From assembly GCF_001194135.2 (NCBI RefSeq), contig NC_068986.1, positions 101,185,556 to 101,229,249 on the forward strand: DNA of 43,694 nucleotides, given 5' to 3'. Shown one piece after another: positions 11,650 to 23,192 of this stretch; positions within the stretch are counted from its first letter, which is position 1, and each line of letters begins with the position of its first letter. This DNA is from Octopus bimaculoides (Eukaryota). The notes under the pieces are model-generated. The model ran no database searches and had not been told where the DNA came from. It saw nothing but the letters and a program-made list of their open reading frames with translations. Both the position numbers and the translations under genes were made by a program.

Positions 11650-12110
11650 ATTGGGCACCATAGCTCACTCTAGCAAAGAGTTATTGTGGTTGGAAACATA
11701 TCTGGGTGTCGGAGGTGGTTCTGAATTTTTTAAAGAAATTGGTCCAGTTAACATTTGAATTTTATGGGATCTGTTTCCATTTTGATGTATTTTGGAATAA
11801 TATTAAAGAGAGCTGGACCGGCTGAGGAAAAGTAATTGTGACCTTATGTTGCTATGTGTCTTAAGTTCGATTTTAGCAGTGGGCGGATAACACGGGGCTA
11901 AGTCTTGGATTGATTTTGAATTTAATGCCAACATCATTTGTGCAATATTGATGGAATATTTTCCACGTCACACAAATAGTATAGCGCTCGTGGCGAAGTT
12001 GAGAGCGTTTTTAGTCAACCCCACTAGTCAATGCCTCTAATGCCATCTATCTTTCTTGTTATTGACCTCTGGACTGCTTCCACTTTCATAATGTGTTGCT
12101 TCGTATGGGG
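11650..12110 (-). pseudogene. CR1/L2-type LINE ORF2 C-terminal fragment
   Basis: Minus strand gives HIMKVEAVQRSITRKIDGI...RHERY..TWKI...GPALFNIIPKYIK...FKC*LDQFL, a typical CR1/L2 C-terminal pattern. Confidence 0.8.
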
Positions 12111-12610
12111 GGGGGGCTCGATCGAACACACGCGTTACCTTTGCAACTAAGTTTTGAACTTTATTTTTCTGACGCAAATCTTTCTATCTTTGTATATCTC
12201 TCTACCTCTCATTCTTCCTTCTACTGTTCTTCGCCTCACCCCGTCACTACTATCTCTGTGTGACTCTCTCACACTCTCTCTCTCTCTATCGTTGCTCGTC
12301 CTTCACCTCTCCTCGTCATTACTATCTCTCTCTCCCTCTATCTCTCATTGCTCACTTATATTCTACTTCCTCCCCTTTTTCTCCCTCTACCACTCTTTCT
12401 TCCTACCCCTCGCTGGTCACATGTGTCCAGCTACTAATTCTTTTCATTCTTGGTCTTCCCAAGCTCGCACGTACATTTTCGCCCTTCCAGTTCATGGTTC
12501 ACGGCGTTCAATATACACATACTTTTCTACCTTTGGCAGTGTAACGTTTTTTGTCTGTTTATTTCACCGTTTCGTTTTCCTGTTTTCCGTCCGCCACTAT
12601 CCTCCACGGA

Positions 12611-12857
12611 ACAAATTTAATTTGTGTCTGTGGGAAGAGCCATTTTAACGATGCGTCCTGCCGTAACTCTTCGAAACGCCAGTGTTATAATGGTGGCAGC
12701 TCATGAAGGATATGTTCTCTATGTGGCCTGTGTGTTTTTTGTACCTTGTTTATCATTTTGTCCATGTTTTTTTGCAACGTCATGTACCCAGATATGCATC
12801 TATATATACACGTAGATGAGGGTATGTACATACATGTACATCTATATGCATATACTC
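12611..12857 (+). mobile_element. Microsatellite-associated short repeat, copy 1 (structured, hammerhead sub-motifs)
   Basis: Homologous by eye to 16109-16338. Confidence 0.8.
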
Positions 12858-12951
12858 TTATATATATATAAACTTATAATTTACTATTAATAAGCATTTT
12901 TTAATAATAAACTATTATTAACTTCCCAATCTCCATTTTCTTTTCCTACTG

Positions 12952-13163
12952 NNNNNNNNNNNNNNNNNNNNNNNNNNNNNNNNNNNNNNNNNNNNNNNNN
13001 NNNNNNNNNNNNNNNNNNNNNNNNNNNNNNNNNNNNNNNNNNNNNNNNNNNNNNNNNNNNNNNNNNNNNNNNNNNNNNNNNNNNNNNNNNNNNNNNNNNN
13101 NNNNNNNNNNNNNNNNNNNNNNNNNNNNNNNNNNNNNNNNNNNNNNNNNNNNNNNNNNNNNNN
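12952..13163. other. Assembly gap (N)
   Basis: N run. Confidence 0.99.
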
Positions 13164-14599
13164 ATATATATATAATCTGAAATATGATCAAATCATGCCA
13201 GTCTTGTCCTGTTTGTCTAGAAGAATACCTACACAGTAGTATTATCTACCTTTTAGTTCATCTTCTCACCAATATTGTTCAATTTTACGTTGATTTGCTA
13301 ACTGCTTCTATGAAGATCCATAGAAATGCTCACTTGTTGGGTATTATCATCCTTGTTAGCTCAGATATCTGGATTGTTAGAAAGAGTAAAATGTCGGCAT
13401 CATGTTAAATGAAATGGTCTTTCAGACTGCTACTTCAAAACCCACTCTCTTCAAAATATATTCCAGAATTCCGAGGTATATTATCATCAGGCAACTTATT
13501 TTCAGGAAGATATTTATTGGTAATTTATAAACGCTATTTTTTAATTCTTTCTTTTCACAGTTTTCAAAGAGTAAATTCATCAAAATACACGAAATATATA
13601 AGTTTGTGGACGTTGACACCATGTGAGGCAAGAGTAAAATAATAACCATTATTATTATTGCTAAAACAGATAGCGCTGATTACTGGTTATTATTCAATAT
13701 CTACATACATCAGCACATGAGCCAACTATCTGTGTTTAATTTAGGCACATAAAAATATTATCTGAAAATCATGAAATTTGTATTGTATTTTATGTACGAA
13801 ATTATGTATAATTGATTCACATTTGTGCAGATATTTTCCCTTTATTGTTCTTGTTCCGGATATAAAAGCAAGAAAAGCTGATTTTAAAACTGCTGTGAGG
13901 TGGTAGGGGCTATATATGAGTGCTGGAATGTAAAGAAATCAGGAAAAGCAATTAAAAATGAAGCCGAAATAAGTGTTTAACTTTTATAAGGAGAAATAAT
14001 TAGTCGATTTATTAAATCAAAATTTACTCATACATAACAAAAACGCTGTTCATATTAATGGTGGAAATTAGAATAGTGCAAAGTTGGGAAATGCAGAGAA
14101 AATGGGTGGGAATACGACAGGGAATTCAATGGTCTACACTATGAAATGAGAATGGATGTATTGAAAATAAAAATTTACTTCACTTATTTAACGATGCAAA
14201 AGAGTAAGGGTCAACCTAGGAAATGATTATAAATATTTAGAATATCTGCATATAAAACTAGTGGGGATGCAGTATATGTAAAATAATGATTAATATAAAA
14301 CAATGTAACGTTATAGAAGTGCTTAGCAATACCATGGGATCGTTCATTAAAATCCATGTGATGTACCTGTTATGGTATTAAGAAGCAATGGAATAATATA
14401 TAGGCAGGACTCATCTGCTCGTAAGTTTTGTATTTGTGTGAGAACTGCTGAATGATGTTTATATATGCTTATATATGTTGTTGATGTGTATAGCAAAAGA
14501 AAAAAAATACATGTTTAAACGTCCTTGAGTGGTTATAAGTGCCATTTACATGGTACTGTTTTTTACTTACCCCAAGGTGGAATGGTGACACAATCGTTA

Positions 14600-14787
14600 C
14601 CATGCCATAGAAAATGCTTAACGGCTTGTTGTTCATCTTTTCCTTCTACGTCATCAGAGCCCGAATTGAATTAGCCTTTTGGGGTCGGTAAAATGATCGC
14701 TAGTTCAGAACTACTGAGGACGAGATATTCCAGTTGCTCCCGCTCTCCTAAAATTTCAGTCTTTGTGACTATAGTAGAAAGGAATAT
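14600..14787 (+). mobile_element. Highly degenerate family-A SINE
   Basis: Recognisable pieces gaaaatgcttaacggc, tttggggtcggtaaaat and ctccctaaaatttcagtctttgtgactatagtagaaagga. Confidence 0.65.
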
Positions 14788-15781
14788 ATTTTTATTTAAC
14801 TAATTTAATGAAACTATTTGTATGAACTACTCAGTCTTGCGACTATGAATATAATCTAACATTAAATTTGCGTTCACTAAAGGAAGTGGGCATATCTAAC
14901 TATCGTCTTGTTACTAAGCAGAGAAAATATTCGAATTCGTTGTAGTGTATGACTTCTTATTAAACGTCTGACGAGTTCAACTTGAAATTATTAATCACTA
15001 CAAAACTCTGAGGTATATGTGTAAATTGGGACTGTTCGTGTATGAAGTACTTTTATCTTGTTTCAACCTATTTCCTTTCAGATATATGTAATAATTTTCA
15101 CCGCTTCTAATTTTTTAAATATTTAGACTTGCGCCGAATACACACTATTTTTTCGAAGATAATTATACTGTGACAATAGACTGACCCAGAGAGATTGACC
15201 TGATAAATAAATAAATAGAAGTGAGAGCGGAGGAACGAGGATGGCAGGTTAAACGATAAGGAGTGGTTCTAGACAAGTCATAAATATTTCAATGCGTAGC
15301 GTGTTTATCTAGCAAAGGAAAGAAAACCTATGTAGATGATTAGAAAAATAGGAATAATAGTTATAGGATATAAAATAACACACACATAAGTACACATATA
15401 CTCCCACATAAACATGTACCTATACATACATAGGTAAATGATATATTCTATATGCGCAACGAGTATGTGTAAAAGTGCGTGCAAGTAAACATATATGTAT
15501 CCCAAACGCATTTTAACGTTCTCTAAGTTGTAACTCATACATTCTGATTCACCGCATGTTTCATTTAACTTGTCTTTCTTTGATTATTCTCGGTAGTTAT
15601 TTGGTGGCTTCTGAAAATTAAAAAGAGAGAGAGATCAAGGGTTGAACAGGAAGGACACAACAAGGAGATAGAACTAGACGAAAGCAGAGAAAACGGAAGA
15701 CGAGACGAAAACTTAACGGACTAGGCAAAAACACGATACACTGAATATTCGCGGCTGATTTCCTCGTCAATTATACATATT

Positions 15782-15787
15782 CACACA

Positions 15788-15826
<39 letters not shown>

Positions 15827-15890
15827 ACACACACACACACACACCCACACACACACCCACACACACTCAATATATATATATATTTATATA
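15782..15890. repeat. (CA)n and (TA)n microsatellites
   Basis: Direct reading of the sequence. Confidence 0.95.
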
Positions 15891-15981
15891 TTGTAAAGGA
15901 TCGTGGGTAAATGTATGGAAAGTAAATGTATGGCAAATCCCAAGAAAACAAATATATGAATTAAGGTAGACTTTCCTTGCA

Positions 15982-16017
15982 TTCAATATTTCGGTGTTAA
16001 GACACCGTTTTCAAGAA
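15982..16017 (-). ncRNA. Minimal U3-A8 hammerhead-like motif
   Basis: UUC-UUGAAAA-C-GGUGU(CUUA)ACACC-GAAA-UAU-U-GAA: perfect 5-bp stem II, palindromic AUAU stem III, 3-bp stem I. It lies in a roughly 210-bp island between (TA)n tracts. Confidence 0.55.
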
Positions 16018-16108
16018 ACTGACAAGTGTTGCCGATGTGCGTGTGTGAGCGTGCGTGGAGTAAACACGCGCGTAAAGGTGTTACTGTAACAACCAGCTAT
16101 ATATATAT

Positions 16109-16338
16109 ACAAATTTAATTTGCGGTCAATGGGAAGAGCCGTTTTAACGATGCGTCCTACCCAGCTCTTCGAAACGCCGGTGTTAAAACGGGAGTAGCTG
16201 ATGAAGGAAAATGTTCTGTATGTGGCGTGTGTGTTTTCTTGTCTACGTTTTGTTTGCAATGTCCTGTACCCAGATATGCACCTATACATACAGGTGGATG
16301 TCGGTATGCACATACCTGTACGTATATATGCATATACT
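16109..16338 (+). mobile_element. Microsatellite-associated short repeat, copy 2
   Basis: Homologous to 12611-12857. Contains GAAAC at 16171 and CTGATGA at 16198. Confidence 0.8.
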
Positions 16339-16490
16339 CATTTACTATTTGTTTACGGTTGTGACAGTGCAAATAAGATGAAAAGCGTAAACAATCAAGG
16401 GAGAAAGGAGTCAAATACATGAACAACGAGAAAAATGGAAGACAAGACAAGTAAACACAGAAGAAGGAGTCTTCATCAGTTGTAGGTTGT

Positions 16491-16545
16491 CTGTCTACTC
16501 TTCATTTCAAGCATTCAACTACAATACATGAGTCTTCAAAGACAG
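16491..16545 (-). ncRNA. Degenerate hammerhead-like motif
   Basis: CUGUC-(U)UUGAAGA-...-GAAAU-GAAGA-GUA-GACAG: perfect 5-bp stem I and a GUA triplet, but weak stems II and III. Confidence 0.35.
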
Positions 16546-16770
16546 TTGCTCCCACAACTTCTAAAATAAAGTTTAGGAATTATGGAGGATTATAGTTGGG
16601 GGAAAAAAAACCTGACAGTGGAGTCATAGAAGGAAACCGAATGAAAACAAACAAGGGTCGTTAAACCAGAACGAGTAGAAAATAGTGAACGCTGGGGGAA
16701 AATCTTTTTTGAAAAGAGAAAAGATAGAAGAGAGAAAGAAAATACCCCTGTTCTTTTAAACGTCCGTGCA

Positions 16771-16830
16771 GGAAAAGAAAGATGGTAGTGCGGGGAAAAG
16801 AAAGATGGTAGTGTGGGGAAAAGAAAGATG
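16771..16830. repeat. 22-bp minisatellite, about 2.7 copies
   Basis: The unit ggaaaagaaagatggtagtg(c/t)g is repeated. Confidence 0.85.
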
Positions 16831-18254
16831 GACGATGGTCACCTGTGAGCAACAAGAGAGATAGAGAGAGTGAGATAGAGAGAGACTAAAAGAGGAGGGG
16901 AGAGAGTGAAAAAGTTAAATAGGGGGGAGAGAGAGAAAGAGAGATAGAAAACAGGGAAGGAGGGAGAGGAGAAAATGAAATTAGAGTAGGATGGAGATAC
17001 ATATACATACACACACACACAGATATATGTATATGAAAACACACACGCATACAAACTGATACCTCCTAGTCTGACACGGAGTTGGTGCGGCCTCTCAAGT
17101 TCCAGTAATGCGATAAAAAGCATCTACCCATCCGTGATGAGCTACGTTGAAATCATAGGATACAACCCAGTGGATGTGCACTATATTTGAACGACCACAG
17201 TCAACCAGTTCAGTTAACAAACTACTGGTAGAATATGCAGTCGTTGCAATGCTCAGCCCAGTGTGACTAAAATCCAGGCAAAGTTTCAAGTTGTATCACT
17301 CGATCAGTTTGTCTGGCATGGAGGTTTTTCTTTGGTCAACGAAAGCTGCCTGAGCAGACGGCGTTGATAGGCTGCCTAAATTTAAATCCTCTCCTGGTCA
17401 AAATAGATAGAAGACATCTTCGGTCGTGTTCTATAATGACACCACGTGATGATCGAGATATAATAGCATTCGAGTTACCTGTCGAATATCAGGAAAACAT
17501 CTTTCTTCCTTATATCTTTCTGAGAAGCATTCAAAACACTGCGTTGCTACTGACTAATTGATAAATATGCAAGTCGATTCACGTATAGGAATACATATAC
17601 ACAAATACACTTTGACGCATATAAAGCTATCTGTCTGTACATATAAATATTGTCATTCTCAATACAGTTATTGTCAACAGTATCATAATTGTCATGAATA
17701 ACAAACGCCCAGCTGTAGGATGGTTAAATCAGTTACTACAAGAAATCACGTGTTGCAGGCAAAAAAGACACGATAAATGTATCGTATTAAATGGTGACAT
17801 TTCGTACTTTGCAGGAAGTACAGTGACGGCTAACATAAATGACCATAAGGATATTTGTACCAATTGAAGAAGAACGATGGAAAATTATAGTATATGGAAC
17901 CCTTAATCCAATCAGAAAAAGGGAGCTAAATTTCACGAGAACATTTGGTAAAAGAAACACAAACATTCTTTAAGGTGGACAAAAATTAAATTCTGTGGCT
18001 TGGTTTGTGAGCTTCTGGTAATATTACTGATGTTCTGTGTATGGCTTGGCATCGTAGCAACACGACGTTTGCTATTACTACAGGGAGAAGAAATAACACA
18101 TTCTTCCGGAGGAAAAATGAAACATTTCAATCTGCGTTTGAAATTTTCGGCAAGTAATATGAGGTGCTAAAATTGATGTATAAATGCGAGTCCCTATTTT
18201 TATGATGAACACAACTGAAGTCAAGGTGACTGTGAAATATGAGACTAGTGAAGT

Positions 18255-18345
18255 TATCTTATCGACCCTAAAACAATGACGGGTAAAGTCTACCTTGAAA
18301 CCAGAACATTAAGACCTACGGTGGTAGTGATGCTGCTCGCTAACC
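18255..18345 (-). mobile_element. Family-A SINE fragment
   Basis: ttatcgaccctaaaacaatgacgggtaaagtctacctt aligns to the array units. Confidence 0.6.
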
Positions 18346-18977
18346 GCATTTTGGTTAATATAATAAAGAAATATAGACGTGTTTTTTCTGCTTACTCCAA
18401 CTTTTATTTTTTACTGTTTGCTTTTACATTTAATTAACATTTCGTATAAGCTTTATAATTTTTATAGATTTTTATCAATTTTCCATTACTGTCACAACTG
18501 AAATAATTTTCAATATTTTCCTTTATTTCTATATTTATTTGATATTTTTATTCTATTTTTAACTTCTTTAGTAAGTTTCTCGATATTTTACCGTATTCCC
18601 ATTTCACTATTTCTTCCTATCGCCATTTATTTTTTCATTTCGTTTCCTCCCTCACTACAATTGCTTAACAGTGGTAAGTTACCACTCCTAACTAATCCTT
18701 GAATTACTGACTATTCATCCAAATCAGAAACCCTGTAGCTATGAATATTTTTTGCTATTCAAATGCATGCCCACCCGATGTCATTATCCCTCTCAGAAAA
18801 CACTATTTCCGCACTTGTTCCCGTCCACTCCTACATTTTTTTTACCTCCCTTTCCTCTTTGAACTTTTATTTCGCCTTTACCTTTAACACATTCCTTTCA
18901 CAATCATTTCGTATGCCACGAACCCCCTCTCTCTCTCCTCTCTCTCTCCTCTCTCTCTCCTCTCTCTCTCCTCTCTC

Positions 18978-19222
18978 NNNNNNNNNNNNNNNNNNNNNNN
19001 NNNNNNNNNNNNNNNNNNNNNNNNNNNNNNNNNNNNNNNNNNNNNNNNNNNNNNNNNNNNNNNNNNNNNNNNNNNNNNNNNNNNNNNNNNNNNNNNNNNN
19101 NNNNNNNNNNNNNNNNNNNNNNNNNNNNNNNNNNNNNNNNNNNNNNNNNNNNNNNNNNNNNNNNNNNNNNNNNNNNNNNNNNNNNNNNNNNNNNNNNNNN
19201 NNNNNNNNNNNNNNNNNNNNNN
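18978..19222. other. Assembly gap (N)
   Basis: N run. Confidence 0.99.
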
Positions 19223-19223
19223 N

Positions 19224-19254
<31 letters not shown>

Positions 19255-20250
19255 TAAGAATGACATTCATAGTTTACTGTTATTTCTTCCATGCGCAACC
19301 AAAAGTGGCAACCAAAATCAAAAGAAAAAGTTTTAACCCAGGCCAAATTACACTGAACAATAACAACTAAACCTACAGTAAAAAAATGCGGTAGACCCAA
19401 CTGTGAGATTTGTTTATGCCGAATGTAGAAGAAAATATAATATCTCTCCTCATGCATTTAGAAACGTTCAGGTACTAAAATATGAAGCGTTGTTGTCTTG
19501 GATATTGTAGATGGGAAAATATCTATGATACATATCAACACTCTTATACCGTTCGCCTATTTCATGATGCGAAATGTTATATTAGATATAGTAAAACGTC
19601 TAAATACCGATACATGTTAGCCTTAACTTTAGCACTGTAAGTTCTCTTGATGCATCCCTCAACAAGACACATGCCTAAAACATATGGCAAACACCTCTGA
19701 AAGATGGTATATATCAACAGCGGATTATGCCGATCATATTTATTTGAGACATTAAGATTAATATTAGAGATAACAGCACTCGGATACGAAATAAAGAAAC
19801 CTCTGAAATGCCGCTCTTCAAACAATTATGCGTCAACATTGATGGTAATCAGATTAACAAATATTATTAAAGCCCGATATCGAATACTCAGTAAAAATGG
19901 TATAACATTATTTGATTCACAACCATTTTCTTTACAGATTAAGTAATATATTTCTAAAATATAACAAACCCAAAAGCAAAAGAAATCTCATTTCATGCAT
20001 AAACATTTACTTACCAGAGATTCCATCAAGATTTTTGCTCATCAGAAATAACCTTAAAGTGGTTTATTGTTTGTTCTCCTCCAAGCCCCGCAAAATCATA
20101 CGGTATGTACACTAGGAACAGGATTTGAGTACTGAATACAAAGTTTGTATAAAACGAAAGATCCTCTAGCAATGCAGAACTAATGGTGATATGTATAAAC
20201 GCTGCAGGTAACATATTCTACACACTTATTTTTGTCTTTTTTTTTTTAAA

Positions 20251-21510
20251 TACACAAAACCGCAAACGAAACACATTGTGTGCAAACGTCATTTTTATAT
20301 GGTAACATTTGAAAATTTATTTCCGGGATAAGACATGCTAGTTAATGGCAGAGACCAAAATTACAGGTAACCTTTCAACTTACCCTGAAACAAGACGCTA
20401 AACTTCTGTAGGTGGCAGTCGCAAACACCTGTCATAAAAACCGAAATGCACGTCCATCTTGTAGTGGTTATGGGTATAAAAATCTACTTGAACTGCGTTC
20501 CTGTCATTCGTAATTTGAACGCATCAGGTATGACCCGATTGTCAGCATCTCAGAGAGAACAAGCTATCGGTCAATTGCAAGCAGAACAGCGTGCCCTGTT
20601 TGATGCGAAAGCTTACATCGTCCATGTCAGCACCATCTATTGCCTGCAAAAGCGATACAGCACCAACAGCACTGGAGAGGGCGCTCCCGGGTGACGATGC
20701 CCAAGCAGGACCGCTTCATCCACCTGGAACACCTTCGTGATCGCTTCGGACCGGCCAGCGTGACAGCTCGCGTGACCATTGGCACTGGACAGTGACCCAT
20801 CAGCGACACCGAGGTACGACGTCGACTGGCCGCCAACAACCTTCGTTGCCGTCGTGCTTCACAAGGGCCTGTCGTCACCGACCGTCACCGTCGGACACGA
20901 CTACAGTGGGCTACACAGCACCGACACCACTGTCATCAACAACCGATGTCGATAGTCTTCTCTGACGAGAGCTGGTGCTGCGTTTCCACCTCGGAGGGCA
21001 AAGTGAGGGCATGGCGTAGGTGAGGCGAACACTACAGAGACGCATGTGTCATAGGAAGAGACGCATGGGGTAGCCAAAGCGTCATGATTTGGAGTGCTAT
21101 AAGCCTGAATCAGAGACTTGGACTCCATGTGTTCCAAAATGTTGGTGGAGGCAGAGGGAAATGAATACCTGCGGGATGAAATCCAGAGACGGCTGAACCA
21201 GGTGAACTCAAGGTCAACAACTCGTGTGGAACTGGAAGCAGCTTTTCTAACGGTGAAGGAACAAGTGCCAATGGCTTTTGTGAACCACCTCATGGAATCC
21301 ATGTACCGACGGTGTATGGCCATTTTGAACATCCAGGGAAGGCATACACGGTATTGAACATGTCACCTCCTACAATCTCGATAATCTGTGGTCAAATTGT
21401 ATCCAAGAAATTGACTTTATCAGATTTGTCAAAATTTATTTCTGACATAATGAAATTAAAACATATTTCACAGTCGCACAGGTCACGCGTTTCTTTAATG
21501 GTATTCTTTA
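20251..21510 (+). mobile_element. Tc1-like DNA transposon, internally deleted
   Basis: Contains the transposase remnant. Terminal inverted repeats are degenerate (tacacaaaaccgcaaacgaaac / cgcgtttctttaatggtattcttta), so boundaries are approximate. Confidence 0.8.
20530..21357 (+). pseudogene. Tc1 transposase pseudogene
   Basis: MTRLSASQREQAIGQL (HTH start), IVFSDES (first D), YLRDEIQRRL and GRHTRY*. The DNARxH-PDLNPIE block is missing, and there are frameshifts. Confidence 0.9.
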
Positions 21511-22822
21511 TATATCCTATATACTACTCGTGTATTTCTTATTTACCTTTATCCATTTCATTATACATTTTACTGCTATTAATTCCGACGGAAAATATCT
21601 CAAGTGTCCTAATGTATATTTCCATTCAATTATACGGTGTACCCTTTTCTTTTAACGCTAATCTGAATATGGCAATCCTTTGGAAATTGTATCTGGCTTT
21701 GCCCCAAAGTGTATGAGGTTGTCACCTCCATAGCATTTGATTTTAGTACTAGTTATGAAACTAGTTATGGCGCTTTAACTGAATATATTATATATATATA
21801 TTTCACATTCCATTGTTATATAAAGCAGCACTTTTGTACTCTCTTTCTGCCTGCTTCTAACCCTTCATGGTTGTCTGTGTCTAATCATATATTTCTTTAT
21901 GTATTTGTGTGTGAATGCATATTATTTTACCAGCCTTGTTCCCTTTTGTCTTCTAACTAATTCGTTCTTCTTTAAAAAAATGACTAGCATAGAACTATTT
22001 TTAGTTAAATCAATTACGAATATGGCCTAAATTAATCAGACGCAATTATCATCTTCCACCCTTTCTATGTTTTTTTTCCCATTTATTATTTTTCTTTATT
22101 GTTACACCCAATACAAAATTCAATTTCTTCATGGCATCCATTAGATAATTGATATTCTGTGAATGAAACTAACAATAGAATATTTAACCCAACCGACCTG
22201 AACAACTGGAACAGATAATAACAACACTTTCGTTTCTTCCACTACCATATTCATCATCATGCTCATGAATATCTTCATCTCCAACATCATTATCGGTAAT
22301 ATCACATTGATAATGATCATCGAAGTAGTGGACATTATCACCAGCAGCAACATCATGCTACCAGCACAAGGAAAGCATCAACATTATCTTCACGAACGTT
22401 TTATTCTCTTTGGAATTAGTGTTTTTAATTAGTTCATATAGCAGATAAAACAGAAAGAGAATTGTAGACTTATTATTCACGTGAATAATAAATTTGGAGC
22501 CAATTTATGATCACGGTGAAGTAATTACCCATTGAAGACGCTACTCTGATATTAAGAGACACTTTAAAGAAATATAGCGCACAAATCTGACGACCAGGGT
22601 TCTTGTTTGGTGCATTATTCATCGATTAGTTCCTATTACATCCTGCTAATTCTCTACTCCTTCATTACAAGGATATATATTGGCCAGCCTTTAGACAAAA
22701 TCTCATTTTCAACGATGAGAAATGAGAAATATAGCATAATGATCCGGAAATAGGAAGACGTAATCGTTATACGTATTTATCATTTCGTTAATTTTACATA
22801 TTAATATACCTTACATATATAT

Positions 22823-23100
22823 ATATTGCGTTGGAAAGTAATGGAGTAAACGCATGTTATAACTGCATACTTTATTCCGACATATGTTTCGAAGAATTAC
22901 AATTTATGCGATCCATAGGAATCGTCGATGTTAAAAATGTAAACTTCTCCTCAGGGAAATGTATGGGAATCATCTTAAACGTAAGACATTATGACCGAGT
23001 ATAATAACTATAGTTGGATACGGTTATGACGTAATTTATTTGAAAAAACCGTTAGAGATTTGGACGCTACCAGATAGTACGTTGGACAAGAAAAAAAACA
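22823..23100 (-). mobile_element. About 280-bp hammerhead-bearing non-autonomous element between (TA)n tracts
   Basis: Non-repetitive island flanked by TA-rich microsatellites that contains the HHR below. It has no ORF. Confidence 0.65.
22866..22965 (-). ncRNA. Type I hammerhead ribozyme, canonical core
   Basis: CAUAC-AU-UUCC-CUGAGGA-GAAG...CUUC-GAAAC-AUAU-GUC-GGAA-UAAA-GUAUG. All core nucleotides are present, with G10.1-C11.1, a GUC triplet, a bipartite stem I and an extended stem II. Confidence 0.88.
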
Positions 23101-23192
23101 TATATATGTATATATATGTATGGTATCCAGAAAAATGCCCGACTGAAAAGAGCCCGATAATTTTAAGGTAAATCGAAACTAAAAATGAAAAA

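Noticed and set aside
14961-14995. CTGACGA-gttcaactt-GAAA
   Set aside because: Stem II would need a 1-nt loop and stems I and III do not pair.
22141-22380. Acidic/His-rich or hydrophobic ORFs on the minus strand
   Set aside because: Composition is explained by a decayed (GAT/CAT)n trinucleotide tract.
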